From assembly GCA_963727445.1 (NCBI GenBank), contig CAVSGI010000002.1, positions 147,494-211,493 of the forward strand: a DNA stretch of 64,000 nucleotides. Reading direction: 5' to 3'. Made by a program: the position numbers and the translations under genes. Shown one piece after another: positions 10,577 to 19,490 of this stretch (position 1 is the stretch's first letter; every line of letters starts with the position of its first letter). The notes under the pieces are model-generated. The model searched no databases and was not told where the DNA came from. It saw only the letters and a list, made by a program, of their open reading frames with translations. The DNA comes from an uncultured delta proteobacterium (GTDB lineage: Bacteria > Myxococcota_A > Polyangia > Polyangiales > B10-G4).

Positions 10577-11932
10577 ATGGCACGCTTCGCCCTCGCCGCG
10601 AGCCTGATCGCGATCTTCGCCCTCATCCCGCGATCGGCGGCGGCTCACCTCCTGATCACCGAAGGCGACGTGGCCGTCGTCGCCATCTACACCGGGCCCG
10701 GCGACGCCGAGGTCTCCTTTCACTTCGTGACGCTTCGCGATTTCTATCCGGGTCAGGGCATCAACTTCACGGACCGCGGCTGGCACGCGACGGGCAGCAT
10801 CTTTCGCGACGACGCCCGCGAAGGGATCCAGCGCTGGGAGCCTGCGGCCGCCGCTCTCGGCGGTTCGGTCATCTTCCTGCCCGCGCACGCCGACATGGAC
10901 CTCGAGCGCGGCGCCGATCAGATCTTCGCCTATGACGGGACCATCGCCGACGACGGAGCCTTCTCCGGCGTGCTGGTGCACGGGCTGAACCTGGGCGGCG
11001 ACTGGGCCGCCGACGCCACCAGCTCGACCACCTCGGCGCTTCCACGCGACCTCGTGGACGGCAGCGTCGTGCTCGGCGCCTTCGCGAACTGCGCCTACGC
11101 CGGCCCCACCAGCGGCACCAAGAGTGAGCTGCTCGCGCTCATCGACGACAACCGCAACTGGGTCTGCAGCGACACCATGCAGCCGCCACCACCCATGACC
11201 TTCGAGGTGCTGGCGGCCCTCGGCGACTACTGCGCCGAGGACGCCGACTGCGCCGACGGATTCTGCGTGCACGGCGCTTGCTGCAACTCCGAGTGTCGCC
11301 GCGATGAGGCGGGCCACTGCCAGGAGTGCAACTTCGGTCCCACCGACGTGCGCAGCGGCTTCTGCCAGGCGGCGCCCACCACTTATCTCTGCCGCGTGAG
11401 CACGGGTCCCTGCGACCCCGCCGAGTACTGCGACGGCGAGCTCGAGGCGTGTCCGGCGGACGAGCTCCACACGGCCTCGGCGGTGTGCCGCGCATCGGCG
11501 GGCGCCTGCGATCCGCCGGAGCTCTGCACCGGCTTTTCGGCGGAGTGCCCGGTGGACGTGCGGATCGACCCGGGCTCCTGTGACGACGGGGATGCATGCA
11601 CGGCGGACGGGTGCACGGCGGAAGGCACGTGCATCCACGCCCCAATCGACAACTGCTGCGGCACCGACGCCGACTGCGACGACGGCGACCCCTGCACCAT
11701 GGACAGCTGCGCCGACGCCCGCTGCGCTAGGGAGGCCATCCCCATGTGCAACCCCGACGCGTCGACTCCCGTGATCCCGCCAGTCGGCACCATCGGGGGC
11801 GGCGGCTGCAGCGCCACCGGCCGCCCTCACTCCGGCTGGCTCCTCCTCCTCCTCCTCGGGGGACGGTCTACACTTTTCAACTTTTGGCGTCGGACGCGTC
11901 CGCGAAATCGCTCGGATAATTACAAAAGTTGA
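10577..11932 (+). CDS. Secreted protein with N-terminal beta domain, disintegrin-like Cys repeats and MYXO-CTERM-like tail
   Basis: Signal peptide ending AAA-H; CRVSTGPCDPAEYCDG repeats; CDDGDACTADGC; GGGGCS...WLLLLLL tail. Confidence 0.75.
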   Translation: MARFALAASLIAIFALIPRSAAAHLLITEGDVAVVAIYTGPGDAEVSFHFVTLRDFYPGQGINFTDRGWHATGSIFRDDAREGIQRWEPAAAALGGSVIFLPAHADMDLERGADQIFAYDGTIADDGAFSGVLVHGLNLGGDWAADATSSTTSALPRDLVDGSVVLGAFANCAYAGPTSGTKSELLALIDDNRNWVCSDTMQPPPPMTFEVLAALGDYCAEDADCADGFCVHGACCNSECRRDEAGHCQECNFGPTDVRSGFCQAAPTTYLCRVSTGPCDPAEYCDGELEACPADELHTASAVCRASAGACDPPELCTGFSAECPVDVRIDPGSCDDGDACTADGCTAEGTCIHAPIDNCCGTDADCDDGDPCTMDSCADARCAREAIPMCNPDASTPVIPPVGTIGGGGCSATGRPHSGWLLLLLLGGRSTLFNFWRRTRPRNRSDNYKS

Positions 11933-11950
11933 AAAGTGTAGACCGTCCCC
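11859..11950. repeat. 28-bp perfect inverted repeat with 36-bp spacer (REPIN/MITE-like)
   Basis: ggggacggtctacacttttcaacttttg (11859-11886) and caaaagttgaaaagtgtagaccgtcccc (11923-11950). Confidence 0.9.
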
Positions 11951-11973
11951 GAGGGCGGGGCGTCTGAGGGGGG

Positions 11974-12243
11974 ATGTCGAAGCGACTCTTCCGGGTGCTG
12001 GCTGCCGGTGGTGCGGCCACGATCATGTCGTTGGCCGTGGGCGCGTCCGCGCAGGACCGAACCCAGCCACGCGATACTCAGCAGACCAATTACACGTTCG
12101 ATGACGCGGACGAGGTGGTCGGCGATACGGCCAGCAGCCAGGGGCTGCGGGTTCGTATCCGACTCCCGAACGAGACCCGCAGCCTCATCCGCTACCGGAC
12201 CCACTTCCGCGACTCTCTGCTGAAGAGCGTCGAGATCCTCTAA
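11974..12243 (+). CDS. Small secreted CglF/GltF-like gliding-motility-associated protein
   Basis: Signal peptide; YTFDD..V.GD and SLIRYRTHFRDSLLKSVEIL resemble the CglF family C-terminus as I recall it. Confidence 0.6.
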   Translation: MSKRLFRVLAAGGAATIMSLAVGASAQDRTQPRDTQQTNYTFDDADEVVGDTASSQGLRVRIRLPNETRSLIRYRTHFRDSLLKSVEIL

Positions 12244-12309
12244 AAGTCCCGGCCGTCACGGCCTGGTCACCGGCGGCCGGGGCCGCTTCCTGCTAGGCTC
12301 CCGGTCCCC

Positions 12310-15300
12310 ATGCGGCACTTCCTTTTCCTGGTCGTGGCCGGGCTCCTCGCGAGCGCCGGCTGCGGAGATGACAACCGTCCACCCGGCGACGCCGGCGACA
12401 GCGGCCCGGGCGATGCCAGCGACGCTGGCGATGCGGGCGACAGCAGCGTCCCGGGGGCCTGCACCCCGCCCGCGCACGATCCGGTGACAATCACCGAGTG
12501 CGCCACCCTGACGCCTCCGGCGACGGGCACCTGCACCACCACCCCCGGCTCGGGCGCCCTCCTCATCTCGGGCGACATCCTGACGCCGGGCGAGGTGCTG
12601 CGCGGAGGCCAGGTCCTGGTCGACGATTCGGGCGGCATCGTCTGCGTCGACTGCGACTGTAGCGGCGCCGCCGCGGCGGCCGGCGCGACGCAGATCGTCT
12701 GCCCCGAAGCGGTCGTCTCTCCCGGCCTGATCAACACCCACGACCATCACGGCTGGCTCGGCGGGACCCCCTTCGACGCCACCGACGAGCGCTGGGAGCA
12801 TCGGAACGAGTGGCGCACGGGCGCGGGCATGCACACGGAGATCGACCGTCCTCAAGGCAGCGGCGACGTAGAGTGGGGCGAGCTCCGCCAGGTGATGTCC
12901 GGCACGACCTCGATCAACGCGTCGGGAAGCTCGGACGGCTTCTTGCGCAACCTGGATCGTGCGTCGGGTGAGGAGGGCCTCGGCCAACCCGCGGTGGACT
13001 ACTCGACCTTCCCCCTCGGCGACACCGACGGGACCATCCTCGTCGGAAGCTGCGACTACGGCAGCCGCGACGAGGCGGCGGACATCGCGGGAGACGACGC
13101 CTATACACCCCACGTGTCCGAGGGCATCAACGCCGGCGCCCGCAACGAGTTCCTCTGCATGCGGGACGGGGCTGACGATCTGGTCCAGGACAACTCCGCC
13201 TTCATCCACGGCATCGGCGTCCTTCCCCAGGACATCGGCGAGATGTCGGCGGACGGGACCATGCTCATCTGGTCTCCGCGCACCAACATCGCGCTCTACG
13301 GCGACACGGCCCGCGTGACCGAGTACGACAACCTCGGCGTGCCCATTGCCCTCGGCACGGACTGGGTGCTGACCGGCTCGATGAACATGCTCCGCGAGCT
13401 CCGCTGCGCCGACGAGTTGAACTCGCTCTACATGAACGAGCACTTCAGCGACGAGCAGCTGTGGAAGATGGCGACCCAGCATGCCGCGGAGGCGATGGCC
13501 ATGGACGACGCCATCGGCATTCTGGCCACCGGTCGCGTCGCCGACATCTCCATCTTCGCGACCCGCGGTACGCGCGCCGACCACCGCGCAGTCATCGAGG
13601 CCGAACCGCAGGACATCGTCCTCGTGCTCCGCGGCGGCGTGCCGCTCTACGGCGACGCCGACGTCGTCGCCACCCTGGAGGCCGGCTGCGACGCGATCGA
13701 CGTCTGCGGCACGCCGAAGCAGGCGTGCGTCATGCGCGAGATCGGCATGAGCCTCGACGGGTTCCAGAGCGCCAACGCCACCACCTACCCGCTCTTCTTC
13801 TGCGGCGGCGAGCCGATGAACGAGCCGAGCTGTGTCCCCTTCCGTAACGGAATGGGCAGCTTCCCCTCGCCGGAGGTCGACGGCAGCAACAGCTACACGG
13901 GCGATCTCACGATGAGCGATGGCGACGGCGACGGCATCGAGGACACCGCGGACAACTGCCCCTGCATCTTCAACCCGATCCGCCCCCTCGACGAGGGAGC
14001 CCAGGCCGACTTCGACGGCGACGGCACGGGCGACGCCTGTGACCCTTGTCCCCTCGACATGGGCCTGAGCGGCTGCGAACCGCCCGACCCCAACGACCGC
14101 GACCGCGACGGCCGCCCGAACGCCATGGACAACTGCCCCGACGACCCCAACCCGGGCCAGGAGGACGGCGACATGGACGGAAAGGGCGACGTTTGCGATC
14201 CGTGCCCCGACGACCCCAACCCCGGCGCCGCCGCATGTCCATCGAACGTCTACGACGTGCACACCGGCGCGATCCCGATTGGCACCCCGGTCTCCATGTC
14301 CGGCCTGGTGGTGACCGGCATCGCCTCGAACGGCTTCTACGCGCAGCAGGCCGAGGGCACGACCGACTTCACCGGCGTCGACAACAGCGGCATCTTCGTC
14401 TACACGCGCGACGCCCCGACGGTCGCGCGCGGTGACGTCATCGACATCGTGAGCGGCACCGTCGGCGAATTCGGCGGCGCGCTTCAGCTCACGAGCCCGA
14501 CGATCACCGTCACCGCCAGCGGGATGGAGCCGGCGCCCCTGGTGGTCCCACCGGGCGACGTCTCCACCGGCGGCACCCGCGCCGACGCGCTTTACGGCGT
14601 GTTGATCCGCGTCGAAGGCGTGACCGTCACCAACCCGAACCCCGACGACCCCTCGGACTTCAACGAGTACGAGGTCGATGGGCTCCGTGTCGACGACCAG
14701 ATGTATCTGACCGAGCCGGACCCGGTGATGGACGACGACTTCGCCGCGATCATCGGCCCGCTGGGCTTCAGCTTCTCGAACTCCAAGCTCGAGCCCCGCG
14801 ACGCGGCCGACGTGATCCCGGGGAGCCTGCGGCTCGTCCCGCGGGACATCACCGTGGCCCCTGGTGGTACGGTCACCCTCACGGCGCTGGTGCCCATGGC
14901 GCCCACCTCGGATGCGAGCGTGTCGCTCCTCACTTCGCCTTCGGACCTGCTCAGCGGCACGCTCTCCATCACGATCCCCGCCGGCTCCAACTCCGGAAGC
15001 GCCACCTTCACCGCGCGCGCGACCGAAGGCATGGGCACGGTGACGGCGACCTACAACTTCGAGATGGCGACCGCCAACGTCACCATCGTCGACATCGCCG
15101 GCGCGCTGCTCATCACCGAGTACCTCGAGGGCGCGAGCAACGACAAGGCGCTCGAGCTCACCGCGGGCGCGCCGGTCGACCTGTCGACCTGCGAGCTGCG
15201 CCGCTTCACCAACGGCGCCACCACCTACACGGCGATCTCGATGACGGGGATGCTGGCGGCGGGCGAGAGCCACGTCCTGTGCAACTCCTCCATCAGCGAC

Positions 15301-15594
15301 GCGAGCATGTGCGACGAGATGTCGTCACAGGTGAACCACAACGGCGACGACGCCTACGAGCTCTGGTGCGGAGGGATGCTCCTCGACAGCTTCGGTCAGG
15401 TCGGCTTCGACCCCGGCACCGCCTGGGAGGCGGGCGGTGTGAGCACCCGGGACCAAGACCTGCGCCGTAAGTGCACCTCGGGTCCCGACACCGACTCGTC
15501 GGACATCTTCGACCCCTCGGTCGATTGGACGCAGTTCGACCTCACGCCGGCGCCGCTGCCCTTCGGCGACCTCGGCACCTACACCTGCCCCTGA
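12310..15594 (+). CDS. Lipoprotein: amidohydrolase (deaminase-like) + thrombospondin type 3 repeats + OB-fold + lamin-tail-like domain
   Basis: Lipobox ASAGC; PGLINTHDH, PHVSEG, IHG, ALGTDW; DNCP..NP.Q.D.D.DG.GD.CD repeats; GFYAQ...SGIFVY; LITEYLEGASNDKALEL. Confidence 0.85.
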   Translation: MRHFLFLVVAGLLASAGCGDDNRPPGDAGDSGPGDASDAGDAGDSSVPGACTPPAHDPVTITECATLTPPATGTCTTTPGSGALLISGDILTPGEVLRGGQVLVDDSGGIVCVDCDCSGAAAAAGATQIVCPEAVVSPGLINTHDHHGWLGGTPFDATDERWEHRNEWRTGAGMHTEIDRPQGSGDVEWGELRQVMSGTTSINASGSSDGFLRNLDRASGEEGLGQPAVDYSTFPLGDTDGTILVGSCDYGSRDEAADIAGDDAYTPHVSEGINAGARNEFLCMRDGADDLVQDNSAFIHGIGVLPQDIGEMSADGTMLIWSPRTNIALYGDTARVTEYDNLGVPIALGTDWVLTGSMNMLRELRCADELNSLYMNEHFSDEQLWKMATQHAAEAMAMDDAIGILATGRVADISIFATRGTRADHRAVIEAEPQDIVLVLRGGVPLYGDADVVATLEAGCDAIDVCGTPKQACVMREIGMSLDGFQSANATTYPLFFCGGEPMNEPSCVPFRNGMGSFPSPEVDGSNSYTGDLTMSDGDGDGIEDTADNCPCIFNPIRPLDEGAQADFDGDGTGDACDPCPLDMGLSGCEPPDPNDRDRDGRPNAMDNCPDDPNPGQEDGDMDGKGDVCDPCPDDPNPGAAACPSNVYDVHTGAIPIGTPVSMSGLVVTGIASNGFYAQQAEGTTDFTGVDNSGIFVYTRDAPTVARGDVIDIVSGTVGEFGGALQLTSPTITVTASGMEPAPLVVPPGDVSTGGTRADALYGVLIRVEGVTVTNPNPDDPSDFNEYEVDGLRVDDQMYLTEPDPVMDDDFAAIIGPLGFSFSNSKLEPRDAADVIPGSLRLVPRDITVAPGGTVTLTALVPMAPTSDASVSLLTSPSDLLSGTLSITIPAGSNSGSATFTARATEGMGTVTATYNFEMATANVTIVDIAGALLITEYLEGASNDKALELTAGAPVDLSTCELRRFTNGATTYTAISMTGMLAAGESHVLCNSSISDASMCDEMSSQVNHNGDDAYELWCGGMLLDSFGQVGFDPGTAWEAGGVSTRDQDLRRKCTSGPDTDSSDIFDPSVDWTQFDLTPAPLPFGDLGTYTCP

Positions 15595-15607
15595 GCCACC
15601 GGGGCGT

Positions 15608-15650
15608 CTTTCGCGTCGACGCGAAAGTTGAAAAGTGTAGACCGTCCCCC
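15608..15650. repeat. Solo arm of the 11859-11950 element fused to a 20-bp palindrome
   Basis: aaagttgaaaagtgtagaccgtcccc (15624-15649) is identical to the right arm; ctttcgcgtcgacgcgaaag at 15608-15627. Confidence 0.88.
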
Positions 15651-15659
15651 TGGGGGGGG

Positions 15660-15941
15660 TTACTCGGGCTCGTCGTCTTTGGTGAGCTCGAGGCCGACGA
15701 CCCAGCCGTCGGCCATCTCCTTGACCCACTTCACGCGCGCCTTGGCCCAACGGCCTTCGCCTTCGTCCGTCGCGATCTTCAGGTGGCAGAGGTCGTTGAC
15801 GTAGAGGGGCTTGTCGAGGGCGATGCGCAGCCCCCCGAGGGAGGCGTTGAGGACCACGCCCTCGGCGCGGGAGGGCGACACCACCTCCACGGTGGCGTGC
15901 AGGGGCACTCGCTCGGTCGAACGGCGGGAGTCGGAGCTCAC
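15660..15941 (-). CDS. Stand-alone PilZ domain protein
   Basis: RRSTERV (RxxxR-like) and NASLGG (D/NxSxxG), ARVKW, VGLE; GTG start overlaps the upstream stop. Confidence 0.8.
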   Translation of the reverse strand: MSSDSRRSTERVPLHATVEVVSPSRAEGVVLNASLGGLRIALDKPLYVNDLCHLKIATDEGEGRWAKARVKWVKEMADGWVVGLELTKDDEPE

Positions 15942-16807
15942 GGGGGGGAGCCCCCATGCTCCACCATCGACCCGAGGCGCGCCAGCGCCCCGGCCATCCG
16001 CGTCCCGTACCAGAAGAGGTCTTTGCCGTCGCAGAGGCGCACGATGGCACCCCGGAGCCGCTCGGCGAGCGCCAGGCGGTCCTCCTCGCCGAAGGCGTAG
16101 GGCTCGTCCGGAAGGAGCACCAGCGCGGGGCGCCGCGCCTCCACCTCGGCCAGGGTGGTTCGGGGATAGCGCGTGTCGCGATCGCCGAGGGCCTCCGCAG
16201 AGAGGGGCGTTGCGTCCCCGACGTCCGCCGCGAGGGGATAGCGCCGCGGCCGGTCCGAAAAGACGTTGTCGTAGCCACAGAGGTCGAGGATGTCGCTCGC
16301 GAAGGTGCGCCCGTCGAAGGTCATCCACGGGTCCCTCCAGATGGGCACGAAGACGCGAAAGCGCCGCATGCTCGGCAATCGAGCCTGGGCCTGGTCGTAT
16401 GCGGCGTCGGCCGCTCGGATCGGCGCGGCGCCCGGCGGCACGTGGAGGAGCTCGGCGACCGAGCGCAGATAGGCGAGGCCCTCGGTGACGGTGCGCGGAA
16501 AGCTCACGTGCACCGTGAGGCCCGCTTCGATGAGCTTCTCGATCGGCTTCTTGGCGTTCTCCTCCTGGTTGGCCAGCACCAGGTCGGGCTCGAGCGCGAT
16601 CACCCGCGCGACGTCGATGCTCTTGGTCCCGCCGACGGACGGGACCTCCGCCACCTCCGCGGGCTCGATGCAGAAGTCGGTGCGCCCGGCCAGTCGTTCG
16701 ATGCCGGCGAGCACCGCCACCGTCTCGGTCTCGCTCGGCACGAGCGACACCACACGCTTCGGCGGACGGGGCGTCGTGACGTCACGGCCGAGGGCGTCCG
16801 TGACCAT
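15938..16807 (-). CDS. BtuF-like helical-backbone metal/cobalamin-binding protein
   Basis: DALGR, RVVSLVPSETE, VGGTK, PDLVLANQEEN, LPDEPY, DGKDLFWYG. Confidence 0.85.
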   Translation of the reverse strand: MVTDALGRDVTTPRPPKRVVSLVPSETETVAVLAGIERLAGRTDFCIEPAEVAEVPSVGGTKSIDVARVIALEPDLVLANQEENAKKPIEKLIEAGLTVHVSFPRTVTEGLAYLRSVAELLHVPPGAAPIRAADAAYDQAQARLPSMRRFRVFVPIWRDPWMTFDGRTFASDILDLCGYDNVFSDRPRRYPLAADVGDATPLSAEALGDRDTRYPRTTLAEVEARRPALVLLPDEPYAFGEEDRLALAERLRGAIVRLCDGKDLFWYGTRMAGALARLGSMVEHGGSPP

Positions 16808-16812
16808 CCTGC

Positions 16813-18369
16813 TCAGAGCCCGAGGTGCTCGGTGGAGAAGCGCGCCGGCGGACGCACCGATTTGAGGTCGTCTTCCGGATCGCGGAAGCGTACGCCGTGC
16901 GCCGCGAAGTCGCGCGAGAGCTCGACCAGGCGATCGCGGATCTTCGCCGTCGTGTTCTCGTAGGCGATGTCCTCGACCTCGGTGCGATAGAAGAGCTTCA
17001 TCGGCGAGCCCGACAGGATGCGCATCTCGTCGCCCTCGGGACGGAAGAGATGGAAGGAGACGTCCGGGTACATCTCCCGGAGCACCTTCGCCGCCTTGTC
17101 GAAGCGCCCGTTGATGAGCCCCTTGAGTCCCTGCATGGTGCCGAAGATACCGCCCCGCGCGTCCACGTACCCCGCCTCCTGCGAGAAGACAGGCACCAGC
17201 GGATCGACCAGGATCACCATCGTGGCCCCGTTGCGTACCGCGACTCGCATGTTGGTGGTGCGCGTGAAAGCGCCATCGATGTAGTAGCGGCCGTCGATGA
17301 CCTCCGGCGCGTAGAAGGGCGTGAGCGCGGCGGAGGCGCGGACCGCGCGATGCACCGGCACGTGCTCGAATCCTTCTTCGCCGAAGACCACCGCCTGCGC
17401 CGTGTCCTGGTCGGTCGCACCCACGAAGAGGGGCCGACGGAGCTCCTCGAAGCGATCGCTCATCCCCGGCTTGTCGAGGTTCTGCTTCATCCACTGGCGC
17501 AGGCCGTCACCCGAGAAGGCGGCCGACGGAACGGCGCGCGCCATCGACGAGAGCAGCCCGCGGGGGCCCGCGCCACCACGCGCCGCCTCGGACAGGAGCT
17601 TGAGCACCCGCCGCGACATCTCGCCGACGTTCGGATCGAAGAGCTGCCGGCGCATGATCGGATCGATGCGGCTGCTCTGGCCCTGAAGTCCGCGCGCGAT
17701 CTCTTCGGGGCCGATCCCGTTCGCCAGGAACGCGCCGAGCACCGCGCCGGCGCTGATGCCGCAGAAGAGATCGAAGTCGACGATGGAGCGATCGGCGAGG
17801 AACGACTCGAGGGCGCGCAGCACACCGATCTCGTAGAAGAGCCCTTCGATGCCTCCGCCCGCGAGACAGATCGCGATGCGCCCGGACGCGCGGCGAGCGA
17901 GGATCTGCTCGACGCGCTCGAGCACCTCTTCGCGAAGCGGCGCCGTCATCACCGTGCCGACGTGCGCACTGCCGAGCTGGAAAGCGGCTTGGATGCCGCC
18001 CTCACCCGGGCCGACCACGCCGATGATTCGATCGCGGGGGATCGCGCCCGAGACCTCGCCCTCGGGAAAGAGATGGGAGAGCAGCTCGCCTGCGCGGCTC
18101 AGGGCGAAGGGACCGTCGACGCTCGGGTTTTCGCGATCTTCCGAAGCCGCCCTCTGGCGGGTGTCCACGATGAGCACGTGGACCGGCTCTCGCCGCACGA
18201 AAGCGGCGGCCGCGGCGGGGTCCGACAGGGCCACCACGCGGCGCTCCTCGCCGTGCTCCGGGGTGAAGAAGATCGCGCCGGAGGCCAGGCGCCGCGCTCG
18301 AGGATCGTGAGAAAGGCCGAGGGGGTCGCCCGCTGGGTGCGGACCGCCCACGTAGAGTATGGTATCCAT
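16813..18369 (-). CDS. Patatin-like phospholipase with N-terminal receiver-like domain
   Basis: LAGGGIEG, GISAG (GxSxG), YIDGA. Confidence 0.85.
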   Translation of the reverse strand: MDTILYVGGPHPAGDPLGLSHDPRARRLASGAIFFTPEHGEERRVVALSDPAAAAAFVRREPVHVLIVDTRQRAASEDRENPSVDGPFALSRAGELLSHLFPEGEVSGAIPRDRIIGVVGPGEGGIQAAFQLGSAHVGTVMTAPLREEVLERVEQILARRASGRIAICLAGGGIEGLFYEIGVLRALESFLADRSIVDFDLFCGISAGAVLGAFLANGIGPEEIARGLQGQSSRIDPIMRRQLFDPNVGEMSRRVLKLLSEAARGGAGPRGLLSSMARAVPSAAFSGDGLRQWMKQNLDKPGMSDRFEELRRPLFVGATDQDTAQAVVFGEEGFEHVPVHRAVRASAALTPFYAPEVIDGRYYIDGAFTRTTNMRVAVRNGATMVILVDPLVPVFSQEAGYVDARGGIFGTMQGLKGLINGRFDKAAKVLREMYPDVSFHLFRPEGDEMRILSGSPMKLFYRTEVEDIAYENTTAKIRDRLVELSRDFAAHGVRFRDPEDDLKSVRPPARFSTEHLGL

Positions 18370-18525
18370 ATCGGGACCTGACCCGATTGGACTTTACGGG
18401 CGTGTCGATTTGGTAGCAAGCAGCCGTATTTGACCCTGAACGGCGTCGGCTTCCATTGCTACCGAGGGAAATCCAGTGCTACCATTCGCGAAATCCTTGA
18501 GCTGTGGGGGGAGAAGGACCACCAG

Positions 18526-18957
18526 GTGAGCGAGACCGACGTTCAAAGCGTCAAAAGGGCTCTTCAGGACGCCGGCGTCGAGATCTACCGCCTCTCAGCG
18601 GAGGAGATCCATGTAGCCGAAAGGGTACGGCTGCACATCATGGACTCCGGGGTCCGGGTGCGCCTGGAGCAAGGGGTCCACATACGCTTCACGGCGCGCT
18701 CCCAACAGTCCGACTTCCCCAACGCGGCCGCTGACGATCTCTTCGCCAAGGTCCGCGGCACCATCGGCGAAAAGGCGAATCCCCGCGGCTATGCCGAGAT
18801 GGACGCCACCACCGTCCAGGTGAAGGATCCGGTCGACGAAGGGCGGATCCTCGACGTCTGGCACGAGGTCACCTACGAGAAATCGGCCGATCTGGACAGC
18901 CTGGTGGACGAGGTGCGCTGGGCGCTCGAGCTCGACAAGTACGTCGCCCCCCGATAG
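18526..18957 (+). CDS. Hypothetical protein
   Basis: Coding-like codon usage; GTG start after purine-rich gagaagga. Confidence 0.7.
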   Translation: MSETDVQSVKRALQDAGVEIYRLSAEEIHVAERVRLHIMDSGVRVRLEQGVHIRFTARSQQSDFPNAAADDLFAKVRGTIGEKANPRGYAEMDATTVQVKDPVDEGRILDVWHEVTYEKSADLDSLVDEVRWALELDKYVAPR

Positions 18958-18983
18958 GGCCCTCCCCCAGGCTCCAATTGCAA

Positions 18984-19009
18984 AGGGCCGCGTCGTTTGA
19001 CGCGGCCCT
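18984..19009 (-). terminator. Intrinsic terminator hairpin between convergent genes
   Basis: agggccgcgtc-gttt-gacgcggccct, 11-bp stem; short T run follows on the minus strand after the cold-shock gene. Confidence 0.7.
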
Positions 19010-19033
19010 CGGCAATTTCACCTGTGACTCGTC

Positions 19034-19240
19034 TCAGGCGTTGATCTTTTCGACCTTCTCGGCGAAGGCGCCCTTCGGGCCCTCGACCTTGGTGAATCGG
19101 ACCTGCTCACCTTCTTCGAGCGTCCGGAATCCGTCCCCCCCAATTTGGCTGTAATGCACGAAGATGTCCGGGCCATCGTCCTGCTTGATGAAGCCGAAGC
19201 CCTTGGCGTTGTTGAACCACTTGACGAAACCTACTTCCAT
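19034..19240 (-). CDS. Cold-shock protein (CspA family)
   Basis: VKWFNNAKGFGFI (RNP1), DIFVHYS (RNP2), GPKG. Confidence 0.95.
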   Translation of the reverse strand: MEVGFVKWFNNAKGFGFIKQDDGPDIFVHYSQIGGDGFRTLEEGEQVRFTKVEGPKGAFAEKVEKINA

Positions 19241-19490
19241 CACTCCCTCCACACAGGACCTACTTCAGCGAACTTCCGTAGAGCCCATGGCGTAAATGCT
19301 CCATGAACTGTCTGTTTCGGGCATCGCAGACGGGTCTGCCATGTCCCCCCTGGAGCGGCGCCAGAGTAGGATGGGAGCCCATCAAGTCAAGCCATTTTCC
19401 TCACCTCTACCCACCGTCACGTACCGGCACCTACCACCCGCGGGTGCCCCCCTGAGGACAAAGTTGGAAAGCACCTCCAGGAGCGGCTTC

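Noticed and set aside
16813..18369. CBASS CapV-type defence effector
   Set aside because: No nucleotidyltransferase or other defence genes nearby
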